A DNA stretch of 64,000 bases from Amphiscolops sp. MND2022 (lineage: Eukaryota). This document shows positions 40,578 through 54,029 of this stretch, piece by piece; position 1 is the first letter of the stretch, and each line of letters opens with the position of its first letter. The DNA lies in assembly GCA_964187785.1 (NCBI GenBank), contig OZ076409.1, positions 41,914,001 through 41,978,000 on the forward strand, written 5' to 3'. The position numbers were made by a program, and so were the translations under genes. The notes below the pieces were generated by a model that was given only the letters and a program-made list of their open reading frames with translations, was not told the DNA's origin and did no database searches.

Positions 40578-41139
40578 TGGTTAGGAAAAGAGCTTGTCAA
40601 ATTTCTTGAGCTATAAAACTTAAACTTTCATATTATAATAGCTCAAAATCGAGAAGAAACAAACTAACATGATATGTTAGCGAACTTCAAGTTGTTCGAG
40701 CAATGAAATAAATGATGGTGCCAGCTGAATCTAATTATTTGTTGATGTTTAACCTTTCAAGTTCAACCTGTCGAAAGTATCGTAAATATCGATTATTTGA
40801 CTCCCAATTATCACTTCAAAATTTGTAAAATGAAACGATTCTGAAGTTCATGATTATTGCATTGAAGTATCACAATTTTTCATGATGGTGAGACGGAATA
40901 ATCCTTCCAGATTATTCGATTGTAAAAGTCAAGGAAATGGTCATCCGCGTTCTTCCAAAGTACCCCACCTTTAACAATGTTAATTTTTTTTGGAGTATAA
41001 ATACCCGGTGCTTCCCTTAATTTTTCACAGCGCTCATCCACTGAAACAGTCTTCCAAACAAATCTTCTAATTAACTGCTTTTTTTAATTGTCTTTCTGAA
41101 CGAAAGTGTTCACTGCTCAGCCAAGTCCTAGCCTAATCA
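40578..41139 (+). repeat. Copia 3' LTR
   Basis: Follows PPT; termini TGGTTAGG...CCTAATCA. Confidence 0.88.
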
Positions 41140-42104
41140 ATTAAAATTTGTTGAATGTGTGTTCGGATGGAATCACCTTGAAAAGTCGATGAAAACTAAA
41201 GAGAACAGATTGGTTCGCAAGTTAATTTAAGTCAAATTTAGTATGATAACTCATAGTTGAGTTAACTTAAAAGGGGATTTCTTAATCTTTACTCTTCCGT
41301 GAAATACCCGAATCTTAGTGAAGCGAAGCCGATATATTGTATAGTATCACTTTTGTTATAGCAAAGTCAAAATAATAAACAATTTGAGGTTTCGATGGAT
41401 CTCGGTCTTCTTTGATCCGTGACTTTCCGCGAACCAGACGTTGAAAGGTATACAACAGGGATTAACAAAAATTACAACCGAATTAAAAGAAACGTCACGC
41501 CCCTGGCAGACTTGTGTTGATAGTTTTTAGTTGACAGCAGATAAAAAAAGAAGATGCAAAAACATCCAAGATTTAATTTCATCGAATAAAATTACGGAAA
41601 TCTACCAAATTCTATGAAAATCAATTGCAACCCTTAAAAATTGGGTAAAGTGCGAGGGTCTTTTCTCCACAACCCAAAAGCACAACCTCTCCCAAGTCTG
41701 GTTGGGGGCCTAGAAGTTCCCAACTCCATCGGGTTCCACTGTCTTAAAGCACTCAATAAAAGCCGCATCAATTGTAAGCAATTGTTCTCGAATTCCCAAA
41801 AAGCACTGATTCAAATTTATATAAGAGAGTTACTTCAAAAAACATGGTTTCAAAAAACCAAAATTCGCTCACTTGACCCGCAATCTCTACTTTCTATAAA
41901 CTTGATGCAAAAAATGTATGAGCCCGAAGGTCCCCCTTGTGGATTTTTCACAATTGAAAAACGCTTCTCTCAAAGCAAGTGTAGAAACCACTTTTCAGAC
42001 CTTTCTGAACTTCTTGTTTTTCCAATTTGAAAAAAATCCATACTTGAAGTTTTTGTACAAGACAGTTTTTAATCTATGCAACGTAGGACATCTTGTTTCA
42101 TGGA

Positions 42105-43539
42105 TGTAACGGGGCTACAAACTACTCCGCTAGAAAACTAGAAAAGAACAATACAATAAATTAAACTGAAGTGACAGTAATCTAAATCAATTAAAGTGAC
42201 CATTTAAATGACATAGTCTCTGTTTATTATTGTTGATGAATAGTTGTAAATTAATACCAGCAATATTGTAGACCATCATACTGATGGCCCATCCAGTTTC
42301 ACCACAAAGTTTCTAGTGGTAACAAAGGGACCTAAATGAAACCACTACAAAGTGGTAAAAACAGTACTAACGAAATTAAATAAAGCTAACATCAGACTAA
42401 AATGCGAAAAATGCAAATTCGCGCAGAAAGAGATCGAATGGTTAGGATATAAACTAACCCAAACCGGAATCAGCCCGATAAATACGAAAATACAAGCAAT
42501 AACCGAAAAATTGAAACCGGAAGACCTAAATGAATTACGTTCATACCTGGGAGCCGTAAACCAGACGAACAGATACATACCAAATCTAGCTCAATTGTGC
42601 TTCAAATTAAGACCATCGCTAAAAAAGGATAAACCATGGAATTGGGACGAAAGCCATGAAGAAGCCTTCAAAGAAATAAATAAACAGGTACAAAAAGTAG
42701 TAGAGGTCGGACACTTCAAGAAAAGTGAAAACATCCGTATATTCTGTGACGATAGTAAAACAGGACTGGGGTTGTTTTGCAACAGCAAGATGAAATTGGA
42801 TGGAGACCAATTCACTTTGCATCCAGATTCTTAACACCATTAGAAGAAAATTATTCCATAAACGAATGGAACTACCTGCTATCGTATGGGCAATCGAACA
42901 TTTCAAGAACTACTTATATGGAATAAAATTCCAATAGTGTCAGATCACAAGGCACTGGCAACAGTGCTAAAGGGAAATAAAATTAAGAAAACTTACTCGA
43001 GTAGACTTACTCGATGGGTAGATCGACTACTACCATTCGATTTCGAAATATTTCACGCACCCGGAGTGGCAATTGGCATCGCAGACTATCTATCAAGGCA
43101 TCTCTCACAAATAGAAGGAGAAAGTGTGAAAGCAAAAGATCTATGTGACAACTGGTTTACAGTGAACCATGTAAGTGATGTAAATAGTATTTTAGCAGAG
43201 GAATTCAACCGACCAATCAGAGGACGACAGTGGTTGAAACTCAGACGCGACGACAAATGCAGCAAGAGTAAACAAACACACAAAACACATGAGAATAGAC
43301 AAAGAACGCGGTTGACCAAAATGGGACAGAACAACTCATCAAACGCGTTAGCAGATAACGACAACAACTTCGAACTGGAGATGAGCGACTTCCTTCATCA
43401 CCAAGATTCGGAGATAGTGGTAAGAGAACGAGCACGAGGCTCAAAACTAGAAGATACATACAAACCCATGAAGGGACGCGTAATCAACGAAACACAGCAC
43501 ACGCTGACAAAGAAGCCGGGAAATCAACACGAAGCAAAA
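42105..43539 (+). mobile_element. Truncated duplicate of the internally deleted Gypsy element (LTR 42105-42306 plus RT/RNase H fragment)
   Basis: Near-identical to 45549-46983; cut by the duplication junction. Confidence 0.9.
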
Positions 43540-44031
43540 GTGAGACAGTGACTTCATTCCATGATGAAAAACAGTCGACCACTGGCTACTTCTTCAAGCT
43601 TGGATTAGTTTGGGGAGCAGTAAAATGGCATTTCAAGAAGCAGCAGACAGTGACACTCTCATCATGCGAAGCCGAATATCAAGGTCTAGCTGATGCAGTG
43701 CAAGAAGCAACCGTCTCGCAATCACGCTTGCGTGAAATGGGTTATGAACAATCCCAGCCAACTATTATTAGGGAAGACAATCAGAGTTGCATCAAGCTGA
43801 CAACTAACCCTGTCATGCACAAGCGATCAAAACAAATTAACACGAAGTTTCACTTCATACGGGAGAAAATTGATGACAATTCAATTCAACTAGTCTATAC
43901 GCCAACTGATCAACTGGCAGCAGATCTGTTGACAAAGGCACTACCACAAGTGAAAGTGGAGCAACATCGAAAGCAATTTTTGGGTTGAATGCAAATTGTT
44001 CTTACGACATCCTGAACAATCTGAGTGGGGG

Positions 44032-44585
44032 TGGTTAGGAAAAGAGCTTGTCAAATTTCTTGAGCTATAAAACTTAAACTTTCATATTATAATAGCTCAA
44101 AATCGAGAAGAAACAAACTAACATGATATGTTAGCGAACTTCAAGTTGTTCGAGCAATGAAATAAATGATGGTGCCAGCTGAATCTAATTATTTGTTGAT
44201 GTTTAACCTTTCAAGTTCAACCTGTCGAAAGTATCGTAAATATCGATTATCCCAACTATCACTTCAAAATTGGAAAATGAAACGATTCTGAAGTTCATGA
44301 TTATTGCATTGAAGTATCACAATTTTTCATGATGGTGAGACGGAATAATCCTTCCAGATTATTCGATTGTAAAAGTCAAGGAAATGGTCATCCGCGTTCT
44401 TCCAAAGTACCCCACCTTTAACAATGTTAATTTTTTTGGAGTATAAATACCCGGTGCTTCCCTTAATTTTTCACAGCGCTCATCCACTGAAACAGCCTTC
44501 CAAACTAATCTTCTAATTAACTGCTTTTTCTAATTGTCTTTCTGAACGAAAGTGTTCACTGCTCAGCCAAGTCCTAGCCTAATCA
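44032..44585 (+). repeat. Duplicated Copia 3' LTR
   Basis: Copy of 40578-41139 within duplication unit 2. Confidence 0.88.
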
Positions 44586-45548
44586 ATTAAAATTTGTTGA
44601 ATGTGTGTTCGGATGGAATCACCTTGAAAAGTCGATAAAAACTAAAGAGAACAGATTGGTTCGCAAGTTAATTTAAGTCAAATTTAGTATGATAACATAG
44701 TTGAGTTAACTTAAAAGGGGATTTCTTAATCTTTACTCTTCCGTGAAATACCCGAATCTTAGTGAAGCGAAGCCGATATATTGTATAGTATCACTTTTGT
44801 TATAGCAAAGTCAAAATAATAAACAATTTGAGGTTTCGATGGATCTCGGTCTTCTTTGATCCGTGACTTTCCGCGAACCAGACGTTGAAAGGTATACAAC
44901 AGGGATTAACAAAAATTACAACCGAATTAAAAGAAACGTCACGCCCCTGGCAGACTTGTGTTGATAGTTTTTAGTTGACAGCAGATAAAAAAAGAAGATG
45001 CAAAAACATCCAAGATTTAATTTCATCGAATAAAATTACGGAAATCTACCAAATTCTATGAAAATCAATTGCAACCCTTAAAAATTGGGTAAAGTGCGAG
45101 GGTCTTTTCTCCACAACCCAAAAGCACAACCTCTCCCAAGTCTGGTTGGGGGCCTAGAAGTTCCCAACTCCATCGGGTTCCACTGTCTTAAGGCACTCAA
45201 TAAAAGCCGCATCAATTGTAAGCAATTGTTCTCGAATTCCCAAAAAGCACTGATTCAAATTAATATAAGAGAGTTACTTCAAAAAACATGGTTTCAAAAA
45301 ACAAAAATTCGCTCACTTGACCCGCAATCTCTACTTTCTATAAACTTGATGCAAAAAATGTATGAGCCCGAAGGTCCCCCTTGTGGATTTTTCACAATTG
45401 AAAAACGCTTATCTCAAAGCAAGTGTAGAAACCACTTTTCAGACCTTTCTGAACTTCTTGTTTTTCCACTTTGAAAAAAATCCATACTTGAAGTTTTTGT
45501 ACAAGACAGTTTTTAATCTATGCAACGTAGGACATCTTGTTTCATGGA

Positions 45549-47824
45549 TGTAACGGGGCTACAAACTACTCCGCTAGAAAACTAGAAAAGAACAATACAA
45601 TAAATTAAACTGAAGTGACAGTAATCTAAATCAATTAAAGTGACCATTTAAATGACATAGTCTCTGTTTATTATTGTTGATGAATAGTTGTAAATTAATA
45701 CCAGCAATATTGTAGACCATCATACTGATGGCCCATCCAGTTTCACCACAAAGTTTCTAGTGGTAACAAAGGGACCTAAATGAAACCACTACAAAGTGGT
45801 AAAAACAGTACTAACGAAATTAAATAAAGCTAACATCAGACTAAAATGCGAAAAATGCAAATTCGCGCAGAAAGAGATCGAATGGTTAGGATATAAACTA
45901 ACCCAAACCGGAATCAGCCCGATAAATACGAAAATACAAGCAATAACCGAAAAATTGAAACCGGAAGACCTAAAAGAATTACGTTCATACCTGGGAGCCG
46001 TAAACCAGACGAACAGATACATACCAAATCTAGCTCAATTGTGCTTCAAATTAAGACCATCGCTAAAAAAGGATAAACCATGGAATTGGGACGAAAGTCA
46101 TGAAGAAGCCTTCAAAGAAATAAATAAACAGGTACAAAAAGTAGTAGAGGTCGGACACTTCAAGAAAAGTGAAAACATCCGTATATTCTGTGACGATAGT
46201 AAAACAGGACTGGGGTTGTTTTGCAACAGCAAGATGAAATTGGATGGAGACCAATTCACTTTGCATCCAGATTCTTAACACCATTAGAAGAAAATTATTC
46301 CATAAACGAATGGAACTACCTGCTATCGTATGGGCAATCGAACATTTCAAGAACTACTTATATGGAATAAAATTCCAATAGTGTCAGATCACAAGGCACT
46401 GGCAACAGTGCTAAAGGGAAATAAAAGCAAGAAAACTTACTCGAGTAGACTTACTCGATGGGTAGATCGACTACTACCATTCGATTTCGAAATATTTCAC
46501 GCACCCGGAGTGGCAATTGGCATCGCAGACTATCTATCAAGGCATCTCTCACAAATAGAAGGAGAAAGTGTGAAAGCAAAAGATCTATGTGACAACTGGT
46601 TTACAGTGAACCATGTAAGTGATGTAAATAGTATTTTAGCAGAGGAATTCAACCGACCAATCAGAGGACGACAGTGGTTGAAACTCAGACGCGACGACAA
46701 ATGCAGCAAGAGTAAACAAACACACAAAACACATGAGAATAGACAAAGAACGCGGTTGACCAAAATGGGACAGAACAACTCATCAAACGCGTTAGCAGAT
46801 AACGACAACAACTTCGAACTGGAGATGAGCGACTTCCTTCATCACCAAGATTCGGAGATAGTGGTAAGAGAACGAGCACGAGGCTCAAAACTAGAAGATA
46901 CATACAAACCCATGAAGGGACGCGTAATCAACGAAACACAGCACACGCTGACAAAGAAGCCGGGAAATCAACACGAAGCAAAACCTTCAGCAAGCGAGAA
47001 ATAACAAAACCACAGCCACCATTGGTTCCACAAAGCAGCCAATCAGAGAACGTGAACACACCAAAACAAAAGAAAGAAGCCAAACAAATGAAAGAATACA
47101 AACAAACAAAAACCGATGAACAACAAAATCCAAAGAAAAGAAAAGAAAAGAAAAGAAAAGAAAAGAAAAGAGGATTCCGGCGTTATTCAAACGCCTCTCG
47201 AACTGGAGAGAATTACTGCATTCAGACAAAGAAGAAGAAAGCGAAAAACGACGACTCGAAAGAAAACAAACAAACCACCCAAAACAATCAAAAACGCCAA
47301 TAAAAGCGATCGTGAACTGGGAAAAGCAAAAACCAGCCAAAGAAGAACCAGAGAGTGAAACAGAAAAAAAACAGTACCACAAGCGATAAACGACCAAAAC
47401 GAAACCGCACTGCACCGGAATACTACGGGAACCCAGTCATGATCTGCGGAGTGGAAAATGCTAACGAAGCAGGAGAGAGAGATCGTTACAATCTCAAGTG
47501 ACGAAATTTATAAGGACCAAATCAAACACAACATAGACAAACAGAACCAGCCAACTGCCCAACGATTTTCAAGTTCAACCCAAACTCAAAGAGCTCGTCA
47601 AGAATTAAGAAGGAGGAATGTAACGGGGCTACAAACTACTCGGCTAGAAAACTAGAAAAGAACAATACAATTATTTTAACTGAAGTGGCAGTAATCTAAA
47701 TTAATTAAAGTGACCATATGAATGATATATATCGTCTTTGTTTATTGTTGTTGATGAATAGTTGTAAATTAATACCAGCAACATTGTAGACCATAATACT
47801 GATGGCCCATCCAGTTTCACCACA
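45549..47824 (+). mobile_element. Internally deleted Ty3/Gypsy LTR element (~2.3 kb)
   Basis: LTRs TGTAACGGGG...CACCACA at 45549-45750 and 47619-47824; PPT AAGAAGGAGGAA; flanks TGGA/TGGT (possible 4-bp TSD with one mismatch); interior holds only RT C-terminus (KCKFAQKEIEWLGY, LRSYLGAVN) and RNase H (SDHKAL, SRLTRWVDRL, ADYLSR); no PBS, gag, protease or integrase core. Confidence 0.9.
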
Positions 47825-48231
47825 TGGTCTCATACGAATTTGATTCTTGTCTCGCTTCCTCTTGTTCCTGAAACAATAGAAGTTAATTAGAAACTATTCT
47901 AAACTACAAGTTTACCTTATACTATAACAGTGGACCAAAGTGAAAATCATGGAGTAGTTTTCCATATATTTGGGACATTGATAGTAAAGGGTAAATACGA
48001 TTATAGATTTGTCACAATCGATCGAAAAGCCCGTGCTCATGACATGACTTCTTGAGTTTAAGAGTGTTTTGATACCTGTGATTGTAAAATAAACCTGTGA
48101 TTGTGAAATTGACTCAAATTATTCAAAACATGAGCAGCGCCAATATCACTAATTTTACACTGCAAGTTTTTGAGACGTTGAAAGTTAAACGTCTATTTCA
48201 ACTGAAAGTGTACAAATTATCTTTCTTGCAG

Positions 48232-48468
48232 AGTGCGTGGAGGATTTCTGGGAGCTGAAGTGTCCAGGGGTGGAAGAATGCATGAAGGTATACGACTTCT
48301 GTGACGGGGCGTTCCAGTGCTCGGATGGGAGCGACGAAGCTGTCTGTGACGACCCTGACTTCGTGTGCCCCACCGACAAAATGTACTCAGACTACCTCTT
48401 CCAGTGCCACAACACGCACAGGTGCATCGAAGTGGCTTGGCTTGGAGACGGAATGGATGACTGTGGGG
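48232..48468 (+). CDS. Host gene exon: LDLa module 2 and most of module 3
   Basis: Acceptor CTTTCTTGCAG|AG (phase 1, completes GAG with the exon ending at 9178); donor GGG G|GTTAGT (phase 1); encodes CVEDFWELKCPGVEECMKVYDFCDGAFQCSDGSDEAVC..CPTDK..FQCHNTHRCIEVAWLGDGMDDCG. Confidence 0.93.
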
Positions 48469-48962
48469 GTTAGTCGACGTCAATTTATCCTTTCATTTTC
48501 CATGATTTTATTTCTAGAAGATCTTTTTGGATACTTTAAATCAATAAACTCATCGAACGTCTCAAAAACACCATTCCGCAATGAAAATGTTCACTTTTCC
48601 ATACCCAAGTCGTCCAGAATATATTTTATAAAACACTTTTATAAAAATGGGTTCTCTTGCTAGTTTCAAAAACAATATTAAGCCAGTACCTGACAAGCCT
48701 CATATTTTGTACCTTTCCAGCGTCTTAGATAAAGTAGTGAAAGCAAAGAAAAGAATTTATTGGATTTCAGTAACTAATTTATCCGTTTGAGAGATCCCCA
48801 AATAAAGTTAACCTGTTACACTAGCATTTGTCCCACTTATTACATCCTACATACATGCCTTCATGCAGTTTTTCTATGGGAAACCTCGAAGTTTCAGCAT
48901 GCTTCCGACGGTAAGACTTGCGATGCAGTTTATGTAAGAAACAAACAAGAAACGATATTTTA

Positions 48963-49075
48963 GTCACCGTGGCCCAGTTGGTAGTTCGTCTACCTGGCAG
49001 GTCGTAGGTTCGTGCCCAGGCTGCAGCCTGAAGTTTTTGAGGCGGAAAGTATCATGGTGCCTAACGGGCGTCTTG
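48963..49075 (+). mobile_element. tRNA-derived SINE head
   Basis: A-box TGGCCCAGTTGG (48970-48981) and B-box-like GGTTCGTGCCC (49007-49017); no acceptor stem or CCA. Confidence 0.6.
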
Positions 49076-49692
49076 TTGAATAACAATTGTGTTTGGTTTT
49101 GTTGCGGTTAGTCTTCTGGAAGAACTATTGCCAACTGAAATCGACAGGAGGCGCAAAAGCGCGGCCAAGTTTTTTGTTCAGTCTGCTGAAAAACCTTTAG
49201 AGGAAAATTCAAAAGGCTTCCAGCCCCAATTCTTTGACACAAAATGTGACATTTTTCCAAACAAAAAATACTCTGCATATTTGAAATATGTTCCATGCAT
49301 TTATACATGTAGAGTTTCTAAAAGGCAATTCGGTAGAAATACATCCTCTGCCTTCCATCTTGCAAGGTGCACTATAATGAGGAAGAAAGCTAAGTGATTC
49401 GGTTTAAAACCATTTTTAACGTTACTTGTATTATCACTGAAAGAAGTTTTAAAAATTGTAGTTTCGAAAACAAGAGTGGAAAAACTTCGTAGCATTACCT
49501 AGGACAGTTCGAATACAAGATTTGAAAATATTTAAGCCTAGCGTCAACAAACGGTTTTAGCTCATTTTTTATCGACTTGGTCTTTGTACCAGAAGACTGT
49601 ACTTTTAGTGTTCAATTTGAAGTTCAGACGACGTACAGAAGTTCGACACTAACTTTGTCCCTCGATGGACTTATTGGTGAAAAGAATTTTTA

Positions 49693-49940
49693 ACAAGCCG
49701 GGACCCGCCCAAGTTAGCGCCATATCTGAGGCTCAAAAATAGCAAAAGGACTTCAAAGTGTCAAAGTATTCTCTTCTACAGCATCCGAAATTTTTTTCGA
49801 AAAAAGGTCCCACAAAGCTGAGAAAACTCAAAGATGGGACCTTTTGGTAGAACTGTTTTGGTCACTTTAGTTGTATCGAAAAACAACACTGACAAAAAAC
49901 CATGACTATAGTCGGCTCTTTCCATAAAAAGCGCCGACTA
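49693..49940 (-). mobile_element. Short (248-bp) HINE-like element
   Basis: ACAAGCCGGGACCCGCCCAAGTTAGCGCC head; terminal hairpin TAGTCGGCTCTTT..AAAAAGCGCCGACTA. Confidence 0.72.
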
Positions 49941-50269
49941 AAAGGAATAATCCGAGAAAAGCTGAGAAGAACCTCCATGCTAAAAGAAGTTTGTCTTGCA
50001 AAAACAAAAGTTGAAAGGTAGACCAAGTGTTTAAAAGATACTTAAATTTAAAAAATCGCATAATTCCGTATTCATCCAAAAGAAGGACGCTTCAGGTATG
50101 AAAATAGTAATTTCCTAACTCATGGCATCACAACATCTAAAAGTAAACCATTATGCGAAATGGAAGAAACTCGAAAAAAGTTGCTCAGTGACAAAAACCA
50201 GAGCCGCATGAGCGGTAAAGAAGTCGGAAACGGATTAAAATATTGAAAACAGAGTACGTACTTTGTTAT

Positions 50270-50715
50270 TTGGTAATTTTTTTTACTAATTTGGACCATG
50301 TTTCTCAGATCCCAGCCATATTGTTTGATGTAATTGCACACATAGTGGCCTAATACGGTGTGAAATGACTGTAAAAAGTTTCGTTTGAATTAAGGGAACA
50401 GTCTGTGAGAAAATCAAAAGAAGTCCAAAAATGGCCGTTTTTGATCAATTTTGGACTAATTTTGGCTATGTTTCTCAGATGTCAGCCATACGATTTTGTT
50501 GCCATTGCACACACAGGACCCTAATATGACGTAGAATAACTGTAAAAAATCGTTTGAATCGTATGGACAGGTTTTAAGAAAATCGAAAAGAAATGGAAAA
50601 TGGCCATTGTTTGGTCATTTTTGGACTGGTTTTGGCTAGTTTTCTCAAATCCCAGTCATTGGATTTTGCTGAATTGTGCACACAGGAGCACCTTTGGGTG
50701 TAGAATGACTGTGCC
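50270..50715. repeat. About 2.6 copies of a ~170-bp degenerate tandem unit (TE-internal repeat)
   Basis: TTGGACTAATTTTGGCTATGTTTCTCAGATCCCAGCCATA-like motif at about 50281, 50451 and 50621, each followed by TTGCACAC..GTAGAATGACTGT. Confidence 0.75.
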
Positions 50716-50753
50716 AAACCAAAAAAAAACATTTGGTGTCCCAGGCTGCCGCC

Positions 50754-52215
50754 TGTGAAGGCAATTTCTAATAGATACCATTTCCGGGAGACGAAACTAA
50801 CCCCGGGGTATTACCAATTTAACCCACAGGGACCCTCAGGTCAACTGGCTACATGAACATTGAAATCCTATCCAGAATGTACCCGATTAGATCCAGGCTG
50901 ACCTACAGTCCGCATAGCTACAGGAAAACTTCTTGTTTGTATTAGATTACTGAATATTTTGTTGCTTTTAAATTATTCTGTGTCTGTTCCATTGCCAAAA
51001 GAAGTTGACAAAATGTGCATTAAAAGTAATATCATTAAGAACCTAAAATTAATTGAAATGATTGAATAAAAAGCATGCAATTACTCAATGAGAAGGAAAC
51101 TCGTTCAAGTAATATACTCTAGTAGATTACTGAACGCGTTGTCCGGTATTAAATCATCCAATCAGATTAGAGATTAACTGTACATTTACTCTAGCCAAAC
51201 GGACTCAGCGTCCGTCACGGTGCTATTACAACATTCAATATTTGCCTTCATATAGAACAACGTGTACTGTTGCTGCCAATCATATTTGCATGTAATACGT
51301 AGTTATAGATACTTTAGATTTGCTGGCCTATACCGCCAGTCCTTTGATGCTATTAATACTTTAGTAACGTGCCGATGACGTAATTTTGGTTTTCTCTTTT
51401 GGTGACCCTAGGAGCTATTGTTAACTTAGAGACACAAATAATTTTGCGTGTCATCCTCAGTTTACTATATGTACCAGGAAATTGTTATCAAGGGGACACC
51501 ATTCTGAATTGCCAGAAATAATACAAACGCTAACAATTGGCCTAAGATTACTCATTTGTCCACCTTTTTCTGAAACCTTAAATCAGTACTACGAGTTTAA
51601 TAATTAAGGTTCGGAACAAACACTTTCTACAATGCTTTCTAATAGAAAGCAGAAAGCAAGAGAAAAGTGATCGAGACAATCGGACGTGATGTCTGATCTG
51701 GAATAGGTAGACATAATGTTAGGAAGCTACACAAGAAATGATGAAATAAGTGATCAGAATGGCAGTGATACCAATCAGGACTTAGAGTAGAACAGACCAC
51801 AACAAAATTCTAACCTTGTAGGAAAGGACTTTAGATCATTGCTCGATACAAATAGCAGAGAAAACAGTGAAATGGCCATAGAGACAACCAGAATGATCAG
51901 TGATGAGATTACAAATCAAGTTACAAAAAGGCCCAATGAAATTGGAACTAGCCTGAATTCTCAGATACAAGACTCATTTGATACGGCAATTGCGAGGAAA
52001 TTCTACCTTCCATCCAAATAACGCTAGATATGCAGCGGAGATCTAATTTCAACATGATGAAGCGAAGGTCCAGTGGGCTAAAAAGGAGCCCCGGAGCAGC
52101 AAATTCTCAGAAAATCTGTAAAAATCGCCCCAAATTGGGCTTTACACTGAATAATCCAAAACATACGTCTAGAGAGAGTTCAGTGAATTCTCACACAAGC
52201 GAATAAAATTGCGAA
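50754..52215 (+). mobile_element. Possible decayed LTR-element 5' end with a pseudogenised gag-like ORF
   Basis: PBS-like TGGTGACCC (51400-51408; partial complement of tRNA-Trp 3' end) precedes a frame from ATG 51632 with in-frame stops (MLSNRKQKAREK*SRQSDVMSDLE*VDIMLGS...) that runs into ORF 51839-52021. A similar-looking decayed purine-rich frame lies near 53230-53670. No diagnostic domain. Confidence 0.3.
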
Positions 52216-54029
52216 ATATGGTAATTTTGAGCGCAATCATTGCGCATAAAGTGTAAAATAATTTTAAATTTCTAAATTGTAACTAATTATAAGTTATTAC
52301 GATTAGATATTATCACAATTGTCGCAGCCTCATGGTTGCTCTGACCCAGTTGTGCAAGTGTGAAAAGAGAACGAAGCAGCCCCGGGAAACAAACTTGCCT
52401 TAACAAAACTCTACAAACTGTCTGTTCCCCCTGCCTTTAGTGCCCCGTTTTTTGTTTTGAATAATGAATCAAGTCATGTAAAAATTTGTTTCTATATTTT
52501 TTATTTTAGAAGTGTAAAAGATTATCTTGAATTAAACACAGCCTAATGAGTGTTTTCTTGATTCTTTACCTTTGGTCACAATACAAATTAGTTATTGACC
52601 TTGCTAACTTTAAGTTGTTTTCATGAATGGAATTCGAGGATTACCTAATACGTGATATTTGAACAATCAATCATGCGTCACTTTGCAGAAAATATAGCTT
52701 CATTGGGTTGTTTTTAACTAGTAATTATGCGGTAACGTGCGGAAATTTCCAGACACATGTACTGCAACATGCGGAATTTTGTTACCGCATAAGCGGCATT
52801 ATGCGAAAATCCATCATGTTCCTCACACAGTTCTATTAGCATTTTTATACGTCATTATGCGGAAAAATAAAGACGTATACACGACATTATACGGACTTCC
52901 AGGGTTTTCACCATATTTGTACGGTACCTAATCTAACTGTCATGTAACGTTTTTTTCGGAGCTATAAATAGAATTACGGCATATGACGCAATTCTTTTTT
53001 TATCGATTTTCGGAATCATGACGCTCACAAAAACGGGTGTAATCCCAGATATTTTTTCCATGACACATGAGCGTGCAGGGGCTAATCATTCAACTAAAAA
53101 TTTTCACCAAAAGCAGTTGCTTAAAACTTTGACCCAACTTTTGCAAAGCAGTTCGTTTGATCAACCTTTGTCCAACTCTTTCAATTTGTTTTGTTGAAGA
53201 CCTTTGAATAAATTCAAATTCTTCCCCAAGAACCACAACGCATTTTCACTTGAGAAAGATGTGAAACAAGAGAAAATTGAGCGAAGTACAGGAAGAGACG
53301 CCAAATCAATGAGACTTTAACTATTGTTACTACTGTTATTCAGAAACCTTTAGGTGAAGACTATTTGAAGCCCTAGTTAATAGAACCTTGTCAAATTAGT
53401 AATGAGATCCAAGCATGGACTGAAAACTTCGAACAAAAGAACAAAGACAGAAAAATGAAAGTGAGGGAAGAGATGGAAAAGAAGAACAAATAAAACGCAT
53501 CAACAATAACAAATCCCAAATCTGAAACAAACAGAACTCAGAACTCACAACCTTCGGGATCCAAAAAAATGATAGGTCTACTGGGGTTCACGCATCTAAC
53601 ATTGAAAATTCAGACACAGAATACGACGATCATCCACTAAAAGCCTCAGTAATGTATGAACCAAGGAATCGTCCTGATCGTGTCAATCATTAACTAATTG
53701 TTAAATATTTTAGATTTCACTGTCAGTATTGAGCAGTGTAATTATACCAAATCTACCACTAAGAGCTTCTGGATTTTTTATGTTTTATAAAAACGTACCC
53801 TGCAAGAAGGCCTGCAGCAAAGTTCAAGCTGTCTCGGCTAGGGTAAGCATGGGAACAAAATTAAAGATTAGAATTTCACTATTGCAGAACTTTTTCCGGG
53901 TCATCAATTTCTCGAACTGAGGTTTAAATCAACTCGCTGGCTGAGATGTCAAAAAGCAAAAGTTTTTATCTGGAATTTAAATGAGAAATATTATTTTTAA
54001 AGGAATCTTCTATGAGTCTAATTAATTTT

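Larger units (their letters stand above)
35460..41139 (+). mobile_element. Full-length but decayed Ty1/Copia LTR retrotransposon
   Basis: LTRs 35460-36021 and 40578-41139 (visibly diverged); copia-type PBS GGTTATGGGGCCCAG (36022-36036); gag CCHC CYCCGMKGHMKAEC; protease-like LVVDS; integrase SDVVGP..PEQTGVAER; RT QMDVKSA, KSIYGLKQA, WVDN; RNase H LSSCEAEY, EDNQSCI, ADLLTK; PPT GAGTGGGGG; many frameshifts. No TSD recognisable. Confidence 0.95.
40087..46983 (+). repeat. Recent head-to-tail tandem duplication (units 40087-43539 and 43541-46983)
   Basis: Offset 3454 bp at the start; about 99% identical with scattered substitutions and small indels; one extra G at the junction (43540). Duplicates the Copia RNase H and 3' LTR, a spacer, and a Gypsy LTR with its RT/RNase H fragment. 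Confidence 0.96.

Noticed and set aside
41641..42030. 129-aa ORF 'conserved' in two copies (also 45085-45474)
   Set aside because: The second copy results from the recent tandem duplication; non-ATG start and no recognisable domain.
42886..43988. Overlapping GTGA stop/start between ORFs 42886-43551 and 43548-43988 as an operon-like coupled gene pair
   Set aside because: It sits at the duplication junction joining Gypsy and Copia debris; GTG starts come from the ORF caller.
46987..47415. Lys/Arg-rich and hydrophobic ORFs around the (AAAAG)n run
   Set aside because: Low-complexity 3' tail of the deleted Gypsy element.
48963..49030. Functional tRNA gene (also 2481-2548 and 12355-12395)
   Set aside because: A/B boxes or a T-arm are present, but no complete acceptor and anticodon stems; better explained as SINE-derived.
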